Below, in pieces: positions 29,767 through 40,115 of a DNA stretch of 64,000 nucleotides. A program made the position numbers and the translations under genes. How positions within the stretch are numbered: the first letter of the stretch is position 1; every line of letters begins with the position of its first letter. Source of the DNA: Candidatus Parcubacteria bacterium (GTDB taxonomy: Bacteria > Patescibacteriota > Minisyncoccia > Phycocordibacterales > UBA5272); contig JBDKJD010000001.1 of assembly GCA_039796775.1 (NCBI GenBank), positions 88,399-152,398 of the forward strand, in the 5' to 3' direction. The notes beneath the pieces are model-generated. The model made no database searches. It saw only the letters and a list, made by a program, of their open reading frames with translations, and had not been told where the DNA came from.

Positions 29767-30771
29767 TTAATCTCTCTTATCTATATGATCAAGAAGAATG
29801 GACTCAAACGCTATCTGACTTGTCATATCGCTCACAGTAAGAAGTGACTTCTTTTCTAATAGATAGAGAACGAGTGCGGAGTTGATAACGTTGGCATGAG
29901 TAACTCCTAATGTCATCAATTCTTCATCTCCTTTTTGAATAATACGAGCGAGTAATATCTGACGAAGTGTCTCCAAAAATGTGTCATACACCACATAAGT
30001 CTTCTGATATGTCTTACACAAACGATCAAGTGCTTCTATTACGCTCTTCTTGTCACCCAAAGCAAAAGCATTAATCAAAGAAATAATCGCATCATGTTCC
30101 GGATCACCCAAGTGTCTCGCAACATCATCAAGGAGAACTGTATCTTTTGTAAGAGCGAGCACTTGCTCCAAATACCCAAGAGCGTCACGGAATGACCCTT
30201 TGCCATGCTTGGCAATGAGTACAGCTTCGTCGTCTCCTAAGAGTTTGCCTTCTTGTTTGGCGATACTTTGTAATCTCGATTTGAGAATATCAATAGTTGG
30301 ATTCTGAAATGTAACTACCTGACAGCGAGAGATAATAGTGTGCGGGAGTTTATCCTTATCTGTTGTAGCTAGAATAAATACTATATATTCTGGCGGTTCT
30401 TCGAGTGTCTTTAGGAGTGCATTCGCAGCTTCTTTTGTGAGCATATGCACCTCGTCAATAATATAGACTTTATGATTACTTCGAAACGGTTGAGTACGTA
30501 TCGCTTCTTTTAATTCTCTGATTTCATCAATTCCACGATTACTCGCTGCATCTATCTCAATAATATCTTCTGGAGCACATCCTATCTCACGAGCAAAAAT
30601 TCTCGCAACTGATGTCTTCCCTGTTCCTCTCCCCCCACAGAAGAGATAGGCGTGTGCGAATGTTCCTTTCTTAACAACTGTCTTAAGAAGATTGATTGTA
30701 GCGTCTTGTCCTACAACATCATCGAATGATTCTGGACGATATTTTCTATAAAGCGCGAGGTGGGATGTCAT
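29767..30771 (-). CDS. dnaX: DNA polymerase III subunit gamma/tau (short form)
   Basis: YRKYRPESFDDVVGQDATINLLK, Walker A GGRGTGKTS, IIDEVHML. Internal Met at 30771 chosen as start. Confidence 0.9.
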   Translation of the reverse strand: MTSHLALYRKYRPESFDDVVGQDATINLLKTVVKKGTFAHAYLFCGGRGTGKTSVARIFAREIGCAPEDIIEIDAASNRGIDEIRELKEAIRTQPFRSNHKVYIIDEVHMLTKEAANALLKTLEEPPEYIVFILATTDKDKLPHTIISRCQVVTFQNPTIDILKSRLQSIAKQEGKLLGDDEAVLIAKHGKGSFRDALGYLEQVLALTKDTVLLDDVARHLGDPEHDAIISLINAFALGDKKSVIEALDRLCKTYQKTYVVYDTFLETLRQILLARIIQKGDEELMTLGVTHANVINSALVLYLLEKKSLLTVSDMTSQIAFESILLDHIDKRD

Positions 30772-30790
30772 AATGCTATAATTATACCAC

Positions 30791-31651
30791 ATGACTATCT
30801 CGCTCCTTACAGCCATCCTATTATTGTTAACTATTACCTTTCAGACAATTAACCGTTTAGTGACAAAATATGCCGTAACGAGAGTCGATCCTCTCAGCAT
30901 CTTCATCTTCGGTAATCTTATTACTGGAAGTCTGTTTGGGGTCCTCATCATCAACTCCGATATTTCTATACCCGAACTATCTTTTCAGTCTTTAGTGTTA
31001 TTATTTCTAGCAATCTTATGTTGGGCTATATTTGGATATATCTATAATTTAGCCTTAACTGAGACTTCGCTTTCTGTTTTTACTATTCTGACTCAATTAC
31101 AAATATTACTAGTAACAACTCTTGGTATAGTATTTTTGGGACACACAATAACCTCTGGTCTTGTGGTAGGAGTGATATGTATTATTACAGGATCAATTCT
31201 TGTTACCTATCAAAAAAATAGTTCTTATGAAATATCGAGACGAGGGTTACTGCTAACTCTCATTGTTGCTATATCTGGAGCATCGGCGATATTTTTAGAT
31301 AGTTTATTAGTAAAATATTTTAACCCTTTGCTGTATGGGTTCATCATTATCGTATTCTCTACACTTCCTTTCTTGTTGATATATAAAAATAAAGTGCATG
31401 ATTTTTCAAAAAAATCTTTAAAGATATATCTTCTTTGTGGGGTAAGTTTTTTCTTTGCTTACATGACCCCTCTATACCTTTATAGACAACCAGATTTACT
31501 CATCACGTACGCATATCCAATTCTTCGAGCAGGGGCAATACTTTCTGTGCTATTAAGCATTCTTATTTTCAAAGAACACACTAATTGGAAATACAAGATC
31601 ATAGCAATACTTCTCGCATCTTTTGGTGCTGTGTGTATTAAATTAATGTAA
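30791..31651 (+). CDS. EamA/DMT-family transporter
   Basis: Ten hydrophobic helices in two 5-TM halves. Confidence 0.65.
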   Translation: MTISLLTAILLLLTITFQTINRLVTKYAVTRVDPLSIFIFGNLITGSLFGVLIINSDISIPELSFQSLVLLFLAILCWAIFGYIYNLALTETSLSVFTILTQLQILLVTTLGIVFLGHTITSGLVVGVICIITGSILVTYQKNSSYEISRRGLLLTLIVAISGASAIFLDSLLVKYFNPLLYGFIIIVFSTLPFLLIYKNKVHDFSKKSLKIYLLCGVSFFFAYMTPLYLYRQPDLLITYAYPILRAGAILSVLLSILIFKEHTNWKYKIIAILLASFGAVCIKLM

Positions 31652-32713
31652 AAAATTTTGTATCTTCTCCTCTACCTCTTTTGCATTAGTGCATTCCATT
31701 AATTCCATACGCAGCTCTTTGGCTCCGTCGAACCCATTCACATACGCCTTGTAATGCTTCTTCATAATAGCGAAGCTTTTTATATCCCCTAACTTCTCTT
31801 CATACAACTTGGTGTGTTCTATACATATACGAAGTCTTTCTTCTACACTTTTACCCTTATTAAATTCTTCCTCATTAAAAAACCATGGGGCGCCAAATAT
31901 CCCTCTCCCAACCATAATACCGTCTGCCCCACTTGATACAGCCTTCGCTTTTCCTTCTGTTACAGACTTGATATCACCATTTCCTATAACAATAGTCCCG
32001 CCGTCTTGTACTTCACCTGTTATCTCTCTCACTAATTTCACTACATCATTCATGAGTTCCCAGTGAGCGTCAACTTTGCTCATCTCTTTTTTGGTACGCA
32101 AATGCACAGTGAGCACAGGGATATTACACTCGAGTATCTTAGGGAGCCATTCTTCAAATTCTATTTTGTTCCACCCTAGACGAGTCTTCACAGATACCGG
32201 GATATCCCCTGCCCCCTCCTGTGCCGCGCGAATAACTGCTTGAGCGGTGCGCCAATCCTTGATGTGAGCCGCACCCGCCCCTTGATCAACAATAGTTCCA
32301 GAAGGACACCCCATATTAACGTCTATTCCGTCGAATCCAAGCTCGCGACAGAATCTAGCTGCTTCTCTCATGTTATCTGGATCAGCAGTAAAAAGCTGTG
32401 CGACAATAGGACGCTCAATATCACTAAACTCCAAATCACGCTTGAGCACTTCACGTCCTGGACTACAAAGGCCGTTTGATGAGACGAATTCTGTCCACAT
32501 CACATCAGGCCCATAAGGCTTTGAATACTTGGCTATCATGGTACGGAATGCCACATCAGTCACATCAGCCATAGGAGCAACGGAGGTGATAATCTCGCCA
32601 CGAGCAATTTTGGTATCAATGAGATGCTGCCAAAAGCCCCTAATCGGAGATTGATGTATTCTTTTTATTCTTGGTTTAACGAAGCGTTGTAGTAGCTTGT
32701 ATATCATGGTCAT
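31643..32713 (-). CDS. dus: tRNA-dihydrouridine synthase
   Basis: TIM-barrel Dus signature PIVAQLF ... IDVNMGCP ... VSVKTRLGW. Confidence 0.85.
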   Translation of the reverse strand: MTMIYKLLQRFVKPRIKRIHQSPIRGFWQHLIDTKIARGEIITSVAPMADVTDVAFRTMIAKYSKPYGPDVMWTEFVSSNGLCSPGREVLKRDLEFSDIERPIVAQLFTADPDNMREAARFCRELGFDGIDVNMGCPSGTIVDQGAGAAHIKDWRTAQAVIRAAQEGAGDIPVSVKTRLGWNKIEFEEWLPKILECNIPVLTVHLRTKKEMSKVDAHWELMNDVVKLVREITGEVQDGGTIVIGNGDIKSVTEGKAKAVSSGADGIMVGRGIFGAPWFFNEEEFNKGKSVEERLRICIEHTKLYEEKLGDIKSFAIMKKHYKAYVNGFDGAKELRMELMECTNAKEVEEKIQNFLH

Positions 32714-33620
32714 CTATTCTAACAGAGGAAGAGTTTTTTTGAAATGAATCAACATGTTTATCACCGAAACGATAGAAGACTTTATTTCCAAAACGTATAT
32801 CTATATACTTAAGAGCTTCTTTTTTGTTAATCAATTCTTCCTTAAGAGGATTGGTATCTATGGCGCTTAAAAGGATAAGCCATGTCTTACTAAGGGAGTC
32901 TTCCTTCTCGATAATAACATAGCTAGAACCCCCCTCTTTGTAGAGAAGAATATCATTATCTTCATTTAAAATGATTCTCTCTACTTTGAATAGTGTTGTT
33001 TGTATATTCTCCACAAATATCGCTAATTCTTCTAAATACTCCTCTTCTAACGAATTGATAACGATTCTATCTGATCCTGATATTTTTTTGGTCGAAGTAG
33101 CAAATGATAATTCAAAAAAAGGAAGATTGCATTCTTTGATATCACAATCAAAGATGACTCCTTCTTTTGACATCACTGTGGATGTGCTCACACGAAACAG
33201 AGGTACGAATCTTTCAATCGAAATAACTATAGTGTTCCTATCTTTCAAAGCGACCGACACTGACTGAGTGTCTGCGATGAGGGTGTTCACACTTTTAACT
33301 ATCGCTTGATGATTATAGGTGAGGGATTTGTTATGAGGGAAAAGAAAAAAGCTGTTACCTTGTTCTGCTTGTCTGATAAGAGAGACGAGCGCTTCTTGTT
33401 TTGTGTCATCTATACCAACTACGGTATATGATGTAATCAAAAAATAAGAAGTAGTACGATACAAAAAGATACCATATGACACAAGCAAAGCACTAAGAAT
33501 CAGGATCATCACACGCAGCCATCCTCTGTTACTCTTTTTTCTCTGTGACATGAGGAGAGAAATATTATACGATAGGGACGCCGATTGTTGTCTTGCCTCC
33601 CATGTAAGGGATAAGTACAT
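32676..33620 (-). CDS. FtsQ/DivIB-like cell-division protein (TM + POTRA-like)
   Basis: Single TM after a basic N-terminus. YTVVGIDDTKQEALVSL...VKSVNTLIADTQSVSV...FVPLFRV resembles a POTRA domain. Confidence 0.5.
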   Translation of the reverse strand: MYLSLTWEARQQSASLSYNISLLMSQRKKSNRGWLRVMILILSALLVSYGIFLYRTTSYFLITSYTVVGIDDTKQEALVSLIRQAEQGNSFFLFPHNKSLTYNHQAIVKSVNTLIADTQSVSVALKDRNTIVISIERFVPLFRVSTSTVMSKEGVIFDCDIKECNLPFFELSFATSTKKISGSDRIVINSLEEEYLEELAIFVENIQTTLFKVERIILNEDNDILLYKEGGSSYVIIEKEDSLSKTWLILLSAIDTNPLKEELINKKEALKYIDIRFGNKVFYRFGDKHVDSFQKNSSSVRIDDHDIQATTTLR

Positions 33621-34836
33621 CTGGCACTCTCACTGTACCATCAGGTTGTTGATAATTCTCAATAATTGCAATCAATAGTCGAGGTGTCGCTGCAGCTGTA
33701 TTGTTAAGCGAATGCACATACTGCAACTTATTATTACTGTCTTTGTATCTAATATTTAATCGACGTGATTGAAAATCGTGGAAATAGCTCGCTGAATGTG
33801 TCTCACGATACTTCCCCTGTGACGGTATCCATGCTTCGATGTCATACTTTTTAACTTGCCCTAATCCTAAATCACCCCCACAAATAAGAAGTCTGTGATA
33901 TGGGATACCAAGCTCTTGCATCATCTCTTCTGAATGCTTGGTGATTGCTTCATGATGAGCGACAGATTCTTCGTGAGTAGCGGCACAAAGTACCACTTGT
34001 TCACATTTATAAAATTCATGAACCCTCACAAGTCCTTTGACATCCTTGCCATGGCTTCCAGCTTCTTTTCTAAAACATGGGCTCCATACAATATAACGCT
34101 TTGGTAATTCCTTCTCATCGAGCACTTCATCACTGTGATAAAACATAGTCGCGACTTCCCCTGTTCCTGCCATATAATCATTACCATCTTTGTAGAGATC
34201 ATCTTCCCCTTGTGGCAAATATCCAGAACCAAGTAATGCTTCTCGTCGCACCAAGGACGGCACAAGCATAGGCTCAAACCCTTTCTTTTGCCAACGATTC
34301 ATCACATATTGCCATACAGCCATCTCAAGAAGCGCAGCGTCTCCCTTTAAGAAATATCCTCTGAATCCAGATGTCTTAGTACCACGATCAAAGTCAACAA
34401 AGTTCTGCTTCTCCATGAGTGTTATATGATCCATGACAGGGAACGAGAAGGTTGGGATAGTCCCCCATGTTGCTATCTCAATATTCTCGCTATCGTCCTT
34501 CCCTTCTGGAACTGACATGTCTGGGATATTGGGAACTTGGAGCATGAGCATTCTCCATGATTTCATAATCTCTTCGAGTTCATCTTCTTTCTTTTTGAGA
34601 TTATCTTTTACTTGACGCATCCCATCAATCATTGTCTGTCGTTCGAGGGCGCTCGCTTTAGCGATCGCATCACTTGATAGATTCTGCTTTGCTCTTAGAT
34701 CTTCAACCTCTTTTAGGAGAGCGAGCCTAGTGTCATCTATAGCAACGAGTTCAGAAACCTTAAAAGACGAGTGCTTTTTCTTGGCAGCTAATTCAATAAG
34801 TTCTTTATTTTCTTTAATAAATTTAATGTCTAACAT
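33565..34836 (-). CDS. serS: seryl-tRNA synthetase
   Basis: N-terminal coiled-coil arm (MLDIKFIKEN). Class II motifs, including the motif-2 region GYRETHSASYFHDFQSRRLNIRY. Confidence 0.95.
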   Translation of the reverse strand: MLDIKFIKENKELIELAAKKKHSSFKVSELVAIDDTRLALLKEVEDLRAKQNLSSDAIAKASALERQTMIDGMRQVKDNLKKKEDELEEIMKSWRMLMLQVPNIPDMSVPEGKDDSENIEIATWGTIPTFSFPVMDHITLMEKQNFVDFDRGTKTSGFRGYFLKGDAALLEMAVWQYVMNRWQKKGFEPMLVPSLVRREALLGSGYLPQGEDDLYKDGNDYMAGTGEVATMFYHSDEVLDEKELPKRYIVWSPCFRKEAGSHGKDVKGLVRVHEFYKCEQVVLCAATHEESVAHHEAITKHSEEMMQELGIPYHRLLICGGDLGLGQVKKYDIEAWIPSQGKYRETHSASYFHDFQSRRLNIRYKDSNNKLQYVHSLNNTAAATPRLLIAIIENYQQPDGTVRVPDVLIPYMGGKTTIGVPIV

Positions 34837-34903
34837 GAGAATCATTCTATCATGTTTACAAGGATCTTTAAAAGCTGTAGATAAGCCTATATACTAATCT
34901 CAT

Positions 34904-35590
34904 ATGCGAGAAGAACATAGTGAGGATATGATCAATAATTTAAATGAAGTGCATCCGTCAATATCTCAACACGAAGAAACGTACTCATATAAGAGTCGAG
35001 GCATGCGAGACAAAATAGCTAAAGGCTTCGTGGCCGCCTTAGCTGAGTCAGCAGATTTTCTCTTTAGGGAACGTTACGGACATAGAGCGATAGTACTTGA
35101 AACTGTCGCCTCAGTTCCTGGAATGGTTGGAGGATTCTTCCAACACATGAAATCGTTACGAAGAATACAAGATGACAGAGGCTGGATACAGACACTGTTA
35201 GATGAGGCGGAGAATGAGAGAATGCACTTGCTTATTTATAGCGAAATAGCCAAACCTACTGCTTTTGAAAGATTCTTGATTATTGTTGTACAGTTCTTCT
35301 TCTCTCTTCTTTATTTTATTTTGTACGCATGCTCTCCAAAGACCGCTCATAGAGTTGTTGGATATTTTGAAGAACAAGCTATACACAGCTATGAAACATA
35401 TCTTCGATTGGTGCACGAAGGTGTTCACGAGAACATAGAAGCGACTACTCTTGCTAAGTCATATTGGAATCTACGAGAGGACGCTCGTCTTATCGATGTC
35501 ATAGAAGCCACAATTCGAGATGAGATGCTTCATAGAGATGTGAATCACAGATTCGCGAATGACAGAGAAGGTACTAAACTTTGGTGGTAA
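34904..35590 (+). CDS. aox: alternative oxidase (AOX, di-iron ubiquinol oxidase family)
   Basis: All four AOX iron-binding motifs are present: LETVASVPGMVGG, ENERMHL, EEQAIHSY, RDEMLHRDVNH. Near-collinear with trypanosomal/plant AOX cores. Confidence 0.85.
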   Translation: MREEHSEDMINNLNEVHPSISQHEETYSYKSRGMRDKIAKGFVAALAESADFLFRERYGHRAIVLETVASVPGMVGGFFQHMKSLRRIQDDRGWIQTLLDEAENERMHLLIYSEIAKPTAFERFLIIVVQFFFSLLYFILYACSPKTAHRVVGYFEEQAIHSYETYLRLVHEGVHENIEATTLAKSYWNLREDARLIDVIEATIRDEMLHRDVNHRFANDREGTKLWW

Positions 35591-35592
35591 AT

Positions 35593-35643
35593 ACGGGGAT
35601 ACTAAAAACGGACGCCGCAGGCGTCCGTTTTTAGTATCCCCGT
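35593..35643. terminator. 51-bp perfect palindrome / bidirectional terminator
   Basis: acggggatactaaaaacggacgcc-gcag-ggcgtccgtttttagtatccccgt. 23-bp arms with A/T tracts. Confidence 0.7.
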
Positions 35644-35711
35644 ATTACCTTACCCCCCCCCTATACCCACTCACACATTCATCTTCTCACATTGGTTTTT
35701 TGGTCACACTG

Positions 35712-36182
35712 TTACGACATCTTTTCTTCATCTTTTATCTTACATCTGTGAAGCAACTCACATTCAATATCTTCTAATTCTTTTTGAAGTGTATTAACAG
35801 CGACGAGCATTTTCTCGAGGTCTGTTTTTTCTGTTTCTACATCTTCTATTGTTTTTTCTATAATCTTTTTATCATGCTTGATTCCAGAGAGAATAATAGA
35901 GTCTCCAATAAAAACAGAAACGAATAATCCTGTCGATAGAAGCAATAAAGCCCCAAGAATAACTGACCCCCCTGGGGAGAACAGTCCTTGAAAGAAGGGT
36001 GTTGTCTTCTCAAGAGCGTCAGCTCCATGCCATACCCCTCTCCAAAATAGAACTATCCCTGTTCCTCCAACAAAACCATACACAAAAGGATGCCTCGCGA
36101 GTCTAGCGCGTATATGATCTTCCATTTTGTCAAAAAAGTAAACAATAGTATGCAATGTTTTCATGTAATCAAAGTATAACAA
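35712..36182 (-). CDS. hypothetical membrane protein with C-terminal coiled coil
   Basis: Two TM helices, then a charged helical tail. Confidence 0.4.
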   Translation of the reverse strand: MLYFDYMKTLHTIVYFFDKMEDHIRARLARHPFVYGFVGGTGIVLFWRGVWHGADALEKTTPFFQGLFSPGGSVILGALLLLSTGLFVSVFIGDSIILSGIKHDKKIIEKTIEDVETEKTDLEKMLVAVNTLQKELEDIECELLHRCKIKDEEKMS

Positions 36183-36217
36183 GAAACTAGAGAGACTTAT
36201 GTGGAGAGTACCTAATA

Positions 36218-38686
36218 TTACTTTTCATTCAACAATGTTTTGAGTGATGACTTTGCTAATGAATAAGCTAGGAGCGTAGCTATTACAAGAACACAAACAA
36301 GCACTGCTATAACAACAATAAATGGAGCAGTAGCAAATGAGAATAAAGTAAATGAGAATAATGTCACATTAAGAATATATGCGAGCATATGTGCAACCGC
36401 ATAACTAATGAAACCTGAGAGTAGCACCAAGAAAGAGCCTTCTATAACAAAAAGTAATGTGACTCTTCTACGACTCATACCAAACGCCCTCAAGATAAGC
36501 ACATCACTTCGTCTCTCATACATATTCTGAAATATCATAACAATGATAAGAAACAATCCGAGTGCAACACTAGGGATACTAAGCAATGTTACAACCTGCA
36601 CAACAGTCTCAACCGTCTCCGTAACAATCGCTATAAGTGAAGAAGTAACGATTGGGATAATGTTTGGAAAATTAGTAGCTATATATGATTCTATACTTCT
36701 TCTCTTTTCTACACTAACCTCAGCTGTACCAAAAAAGGTAGCTGGATACTTCTCAAGCACACTCTTTGGAAATACAAAATAAAAGAATGGTATCCCTGAT
36801 CTTGAATCTACTTCTCTTATACTCGTAACCGTTGCTCGTAGCTCTATTCCCTGAATAAATAAAACAATAGTACTTCCGAGTGTAGCTCCGCCTATTTCAC
36901 GAGCAAAATCTTTGTCCAAAGAAACAGGAATTACTGTCCCTCCTTTATTATCACCAAAAATACCTTCTGTTACTTTTTCTCCTTCAATGAGTGTGTCTCT
37001 ATAGGTGAGATTGAATTCTCGTCTAAGCTCTCTATTATCTTCTTTTAAAATATCCCTCTCATCAACAAAAAGCAGTCTCCCTCTTACGATTGGATATTCT
37101 TTAAACGTCTCTCCAACGAATGATTTTATTTCTTGTAACTGAGACTTAGTGATATCTATCAAATACAATGAAGGTGCTGTTGTTGCTATGTTCTGACGTA
37201 GATTCGTCTCTATATTCTTCTCAACTGCGAGTACCAAGAATACGAGCAAAAACGCAGTCATAATAGCCGAAGAGGATACGAGTGTTTCAGCTTTTCTCAA
37301 GTACAAAAAAGAGATGATACTTCTCAACAGAAACGACAGTCTCCCTCTGATGCTGTAGAGCATATACAATACCCCATACACAATCATCATAAACAAGAGA
37401 AATATGACACCACATACAATCACACCAAGTGAGGCAATCAAAAGATTATTCGACACACCATACAGCACAGCACTCACAAATAATGGTATCGGTACATAGA
37501 GTAATACTTTTCTAAGAGAAAGTGACTGCTTGAGTGAAACTGTATTGAGAAGCAATTCTTTTGGTTTAACTTGAGATACGAGTCTCAGAAAAGGAAGCGC
37601 CGAAAGCACAATAAATACTAATCCAAATAATCCTCCCAAGAGTACTACATACACCTCTCCTTCTTGGATAACATTGATCGTGTACAATTCTTGTACATAC
37701 AAAAGAGCGTATTTGCCACCATACACTCCTAACAGGGATCCACATAATCCTCCGAATACTCCAACAATGCCAAGCAAGAAAAGAAATGTATTTCTCACCA
37801 TATTCTCAGTTGCTCCATGTATTTTAAGAAGCGCTATAGTCTTGCGATACTTAGCAAGTAAATAACTTAAATTAGCTCCGATGTTAATCACGACCAAAAA
37901 AAGTGCCACCGCTAATAGTATCGCTATAAAATCTTCAAGCGAAGAAAATCCTTCCAAAAGAGAATTAGGTCCATCTGTCGCATCATCGAATCTAAGCTTA
38001 TTCTCAGTAGCGTAAGCTTTAAGATTAGCTCTATCACTCGCGGTGAACAGATTCTCATCACCCTTAAAAAGCATTCGATATCTCGTACGTGATTCACTTA
38101 ATGGTGCTGTAATGGTCGCAATATCATCCAAAAACACAATCACTTTTGGGGCGAAGCTGATGCCTGTTGCGATACTATCTGGTTCTTTGAGTATCTCACC
38201 CCTTATGATGAAATCTTTCCCTGCAAAACTCACCACATCTCCAACAGATACGCCTAATCGTTCCAAAAATAATCCTTCAGCATAAAGAGAGGAAGATTCG
38301 TATGAGAAATTAACATCATCTCGAAGCAATACTTTGCCATAGAGCGGATACTCATCTCCAACAGCTCGTATCTCAGCTTGAGATGTAGTGCCCGTCTTTG
38401 TGCTGAACACTCCTTGAAATGATCTACTATCAAGCGTAGTTATTCCTTTTTCTTTTAATGATATAAGAAGTGGAGTGTTCTTATTAATCGGATACGGGGA
38501 GCTAATCACTGCATCTCCTCCTACGAGCACTCTTCCTTCTTCTATCAAATACGTATTAACACTTTGTGTAAAAGAAAAAACAACTCCGAACAAAAATCCC
38601 CCTATAGTGATACTCACCCCAGCAAGCAGAAGAAGAGACGTAGTTCTTTTAAAGAGAAGTGCTGTGAGCGCAAGAAGTGGAATCAT
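36218..38686 (-). CDS. ABC transporter permease, FtsX-like (YbbP/LolE-type, duplicated 4-TM modules)
   Basis: 822 aa. Two FtsX-type TM bundles with large extracytoplasmic loops. Immediately downstream of the ABC ATPase. Confidence 0.8.
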   Translation of the reverse strand: MIPLLALTALLFKRTTSLLLLAGVSITIGGFLFGVVFSFTQSVNTYLIEEGRVLVGGDAVISSPYPINKNTPLLISLKEKGITTLDSRSFQGVFSTKTGTTSQAEIRAVGDEYPLYGKVLLRDDVNFSYESSSLYAEGLFLERLGVSVGDVVSFAGKDFIIRGEILKEPDSIATGISFAPKVIVFLDDIATITAPLSESRTRYRMLFKGDENLFTASDRANLKAYATENKLRFDDATDGPNSLLEGFSSLEDFIAILLAVALFLVVINIGANLSYLLAKYRKTIALLKIHGATENMVRNTFLFLLGIVGVFGGLCGSLLGVYGGKYALLYVQELYTINVIQEGEVYVVLLGGLFGLVFIVLSALPFLRLVSQVKPKELLLNTVSLKQSLSLRKVLLYVPIPLFVSAVLYGVSNNLLIASLGVIVCGVIFLLFMMIVYGVLYMLYSIRGRLSFLLRSIISFLYLRKAETLVSSSAIMTAFLLVFLVLAVEKNIETNLRQNIATTAPSLYLIDITKSQLQEIKSFVGETFKEYPIVRGRLLFVDERDILKEDNRELRREFNLTYRDTLIEGEKVTEGIFGDNKGGTVIPVSLDKDFAREIGGATLGSTIVLFIQGIELRATVTSIREVDSRSGIPFFYFVFPKSVLEKYPATFFGTAEVSVEKRRSIESYIATNFPNIIPIVTSSLIAIVTETVETVVQVVTLLSIPSVALGLFLIIVMIFQNMYERRSDVLILRAFGMSRRRVTLLFVIEGSFLVLLSGFISYAVAHMLAYILNVTLFSFTLFSFATAPFIVVIAVLVCVLVIATLLAYSLAKSSLKTLLNEK

Positions 38687-38690
38687 AGAA

Positions 38691-39389
38691 CTATGATATG
38701 TGACTACTAAGCTTCTTTTCTTTCTTTATGATATTCATATCACGAAGCTCATATTGAGTATCCATTCTCTCTGCGATACTGCTATCGTGGGTAATAATGA
38801 TAAGTGTTTTATTCTCTTCTTTAACAAGATCGAGGAACATATCGAGTACAGCTTGACCGTTTTTGCTATCTAGATTACCGGTTGGTTCATCTGCAAAAAT
38901 AATATCTGCACCTCCGATTAATGCGCGACCAATAGCGACACGCTGTTGTTCGCCACCAGAAAGTTCTTTAGGTAAATTATTAATTCTATGAGAGAGATTG
39001 AGCTTTTTGAGCATCTCTTTTCCTTTTGTATCTCCATGAGAATCTCCACGAAGCGTAAGCGGAAGGCTAACATTTTCAAGGGCGTTAAAAAATTGCACCA
39101 ATTCAAATGATTGAAATACTGTGCTTATTTTTTTATTACGAAATGTTGATAATGCTTCTTCTGTTAATGTTGCTATGTTTTGCCCTTCTACGAGTACTGT
39201 TCCACTATCTGGAGTATCAAGTCCTGACATGATAGAAAGCAGTGTCGATTTACCACTTCCAGACGGGCCCATAATAGCAACCGTCTCACCCTTTTCTACA
39301 CTAAAAGAAACATCTTTGAGAATATGAATTATCTCGTCTCCCTGAGTATAGCTTTTTGAAATAGTACGCACTTCTAAAATAGAGGTCAT
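38691..39389 (-). CDS. ABC transporter ATP-binding protein (YbbA/LolD-type)
   Basis: Walker [10 protein letters not shown]. Signature [15 protein letters not shown]. Walker B IIFADEPT. Start placed at MTSILEVRT; ORF-track start is 39443. Confidence 0.9.
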   Translation of the reverse strand: MTSILEVRTISKSYTQGDEIIHILKDVSFSVEKGETVAIMGPSGSGKSTLLSIMSGLDTPDSGTVLVEGQNIATLTEEALSTFRNKKISTVFQSFELVQFFNALENVSLPLTLRGDSHGDTKGKEMLKKLNLSHRINNLPKELSGGEQQRVAIGRALIGGADIIFADEPTGNLDSKNGQAVLDMFLDLVKEENKTLIIITHDSSIAERMDTQYELRDMNIIKKEKKLSSHIS

Positions 39390-39428
39390 GTGGTTTGTAT
39401 GGTACCATATTGTAGAACTACTTTCACC

Positions 39429-40115
39429 ATGACCAATCGTCAACTCATACTATTTGTACTCGTCGGAATCTCGCTTATCATTTTGGGTATAGTATTTTTT
39501 TATTTTTCTCAAAACAATACAACTTCATCACCTCCTCAAACAAAAGAGCCTGCAAAACAATTCACCATCGCAGCGTTTGGTGACTCACTCACAGCAGGAT
39601 ACGGCGTAGACTTAAGCGAAAGTTATCCGTACATTCTAGAACAACGTCTCAAAGAAGAAGGTCTGTCTATGAAGGTGATCAATATGGGAGTCTCAGGGGA
39701 GACAACATCAGGCGGACTAGAGAGAGTTGCTTTTGTTATAGAGCAAAACCCAGATATTATACTTCTCGGATTGGGAGCCAACGATATGCTTAGATCGCTC
39801 CCCCCTTCTCTTGTAAAAACTAATCTGGACAGTATGATACGAGAACTTCTAGCGGTTAACAAAAAAATAGTTCTTCTTGGTATGAAATCAAGCATCACTA
39901 ACGGCGCTGCATATAGAAAAGAGTTTGATACTATCTATGAAGACTTAGCTAAGCAATACTCGCTCCCTCTTGTTCCTTTTATTCTTGAAGGAGTAGCATT
40001 ACGCCCTTCATTAAATACAAGCGATGGCATACATCCAAATAAAGCAGGCTATGAAAAGATGGTGGATGAGAACATACTCCCCATTCTTCTTCCGTATCTA
40101 AAAAAGAGCTTATAG
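39429..40115 (+). CDS. SGNH/GDSL hydrolase (TesA-like thioesterase/lysophospholipase)
   Basis: GDS block AAFGDSLTAGYG. GANDM block. DGIHPN block. N-terminal signal anchor. Start uncertain between 39390 and 39429. Confidence 0.8.
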   Translation: MTNRQLILFVLVGISLIILGIVFFYFSQNNTTSSPPQTKEPAKQFTIAAFGDSLTAGYGVDLSESYPYILEQRLKEEGLSMKVINMGVSGETTSGGLERVAFVIEQNPDIILLGLGANDMLRSLPPSLVKTNLDSMIRELLAVNKKIVLLGMKSSITNGAAYRKEFDTIYEDLAKQYSLPLVPFILEGVALRPSLNTSDGIHPNKAGYEKMVDENILPILLPYLKKSL

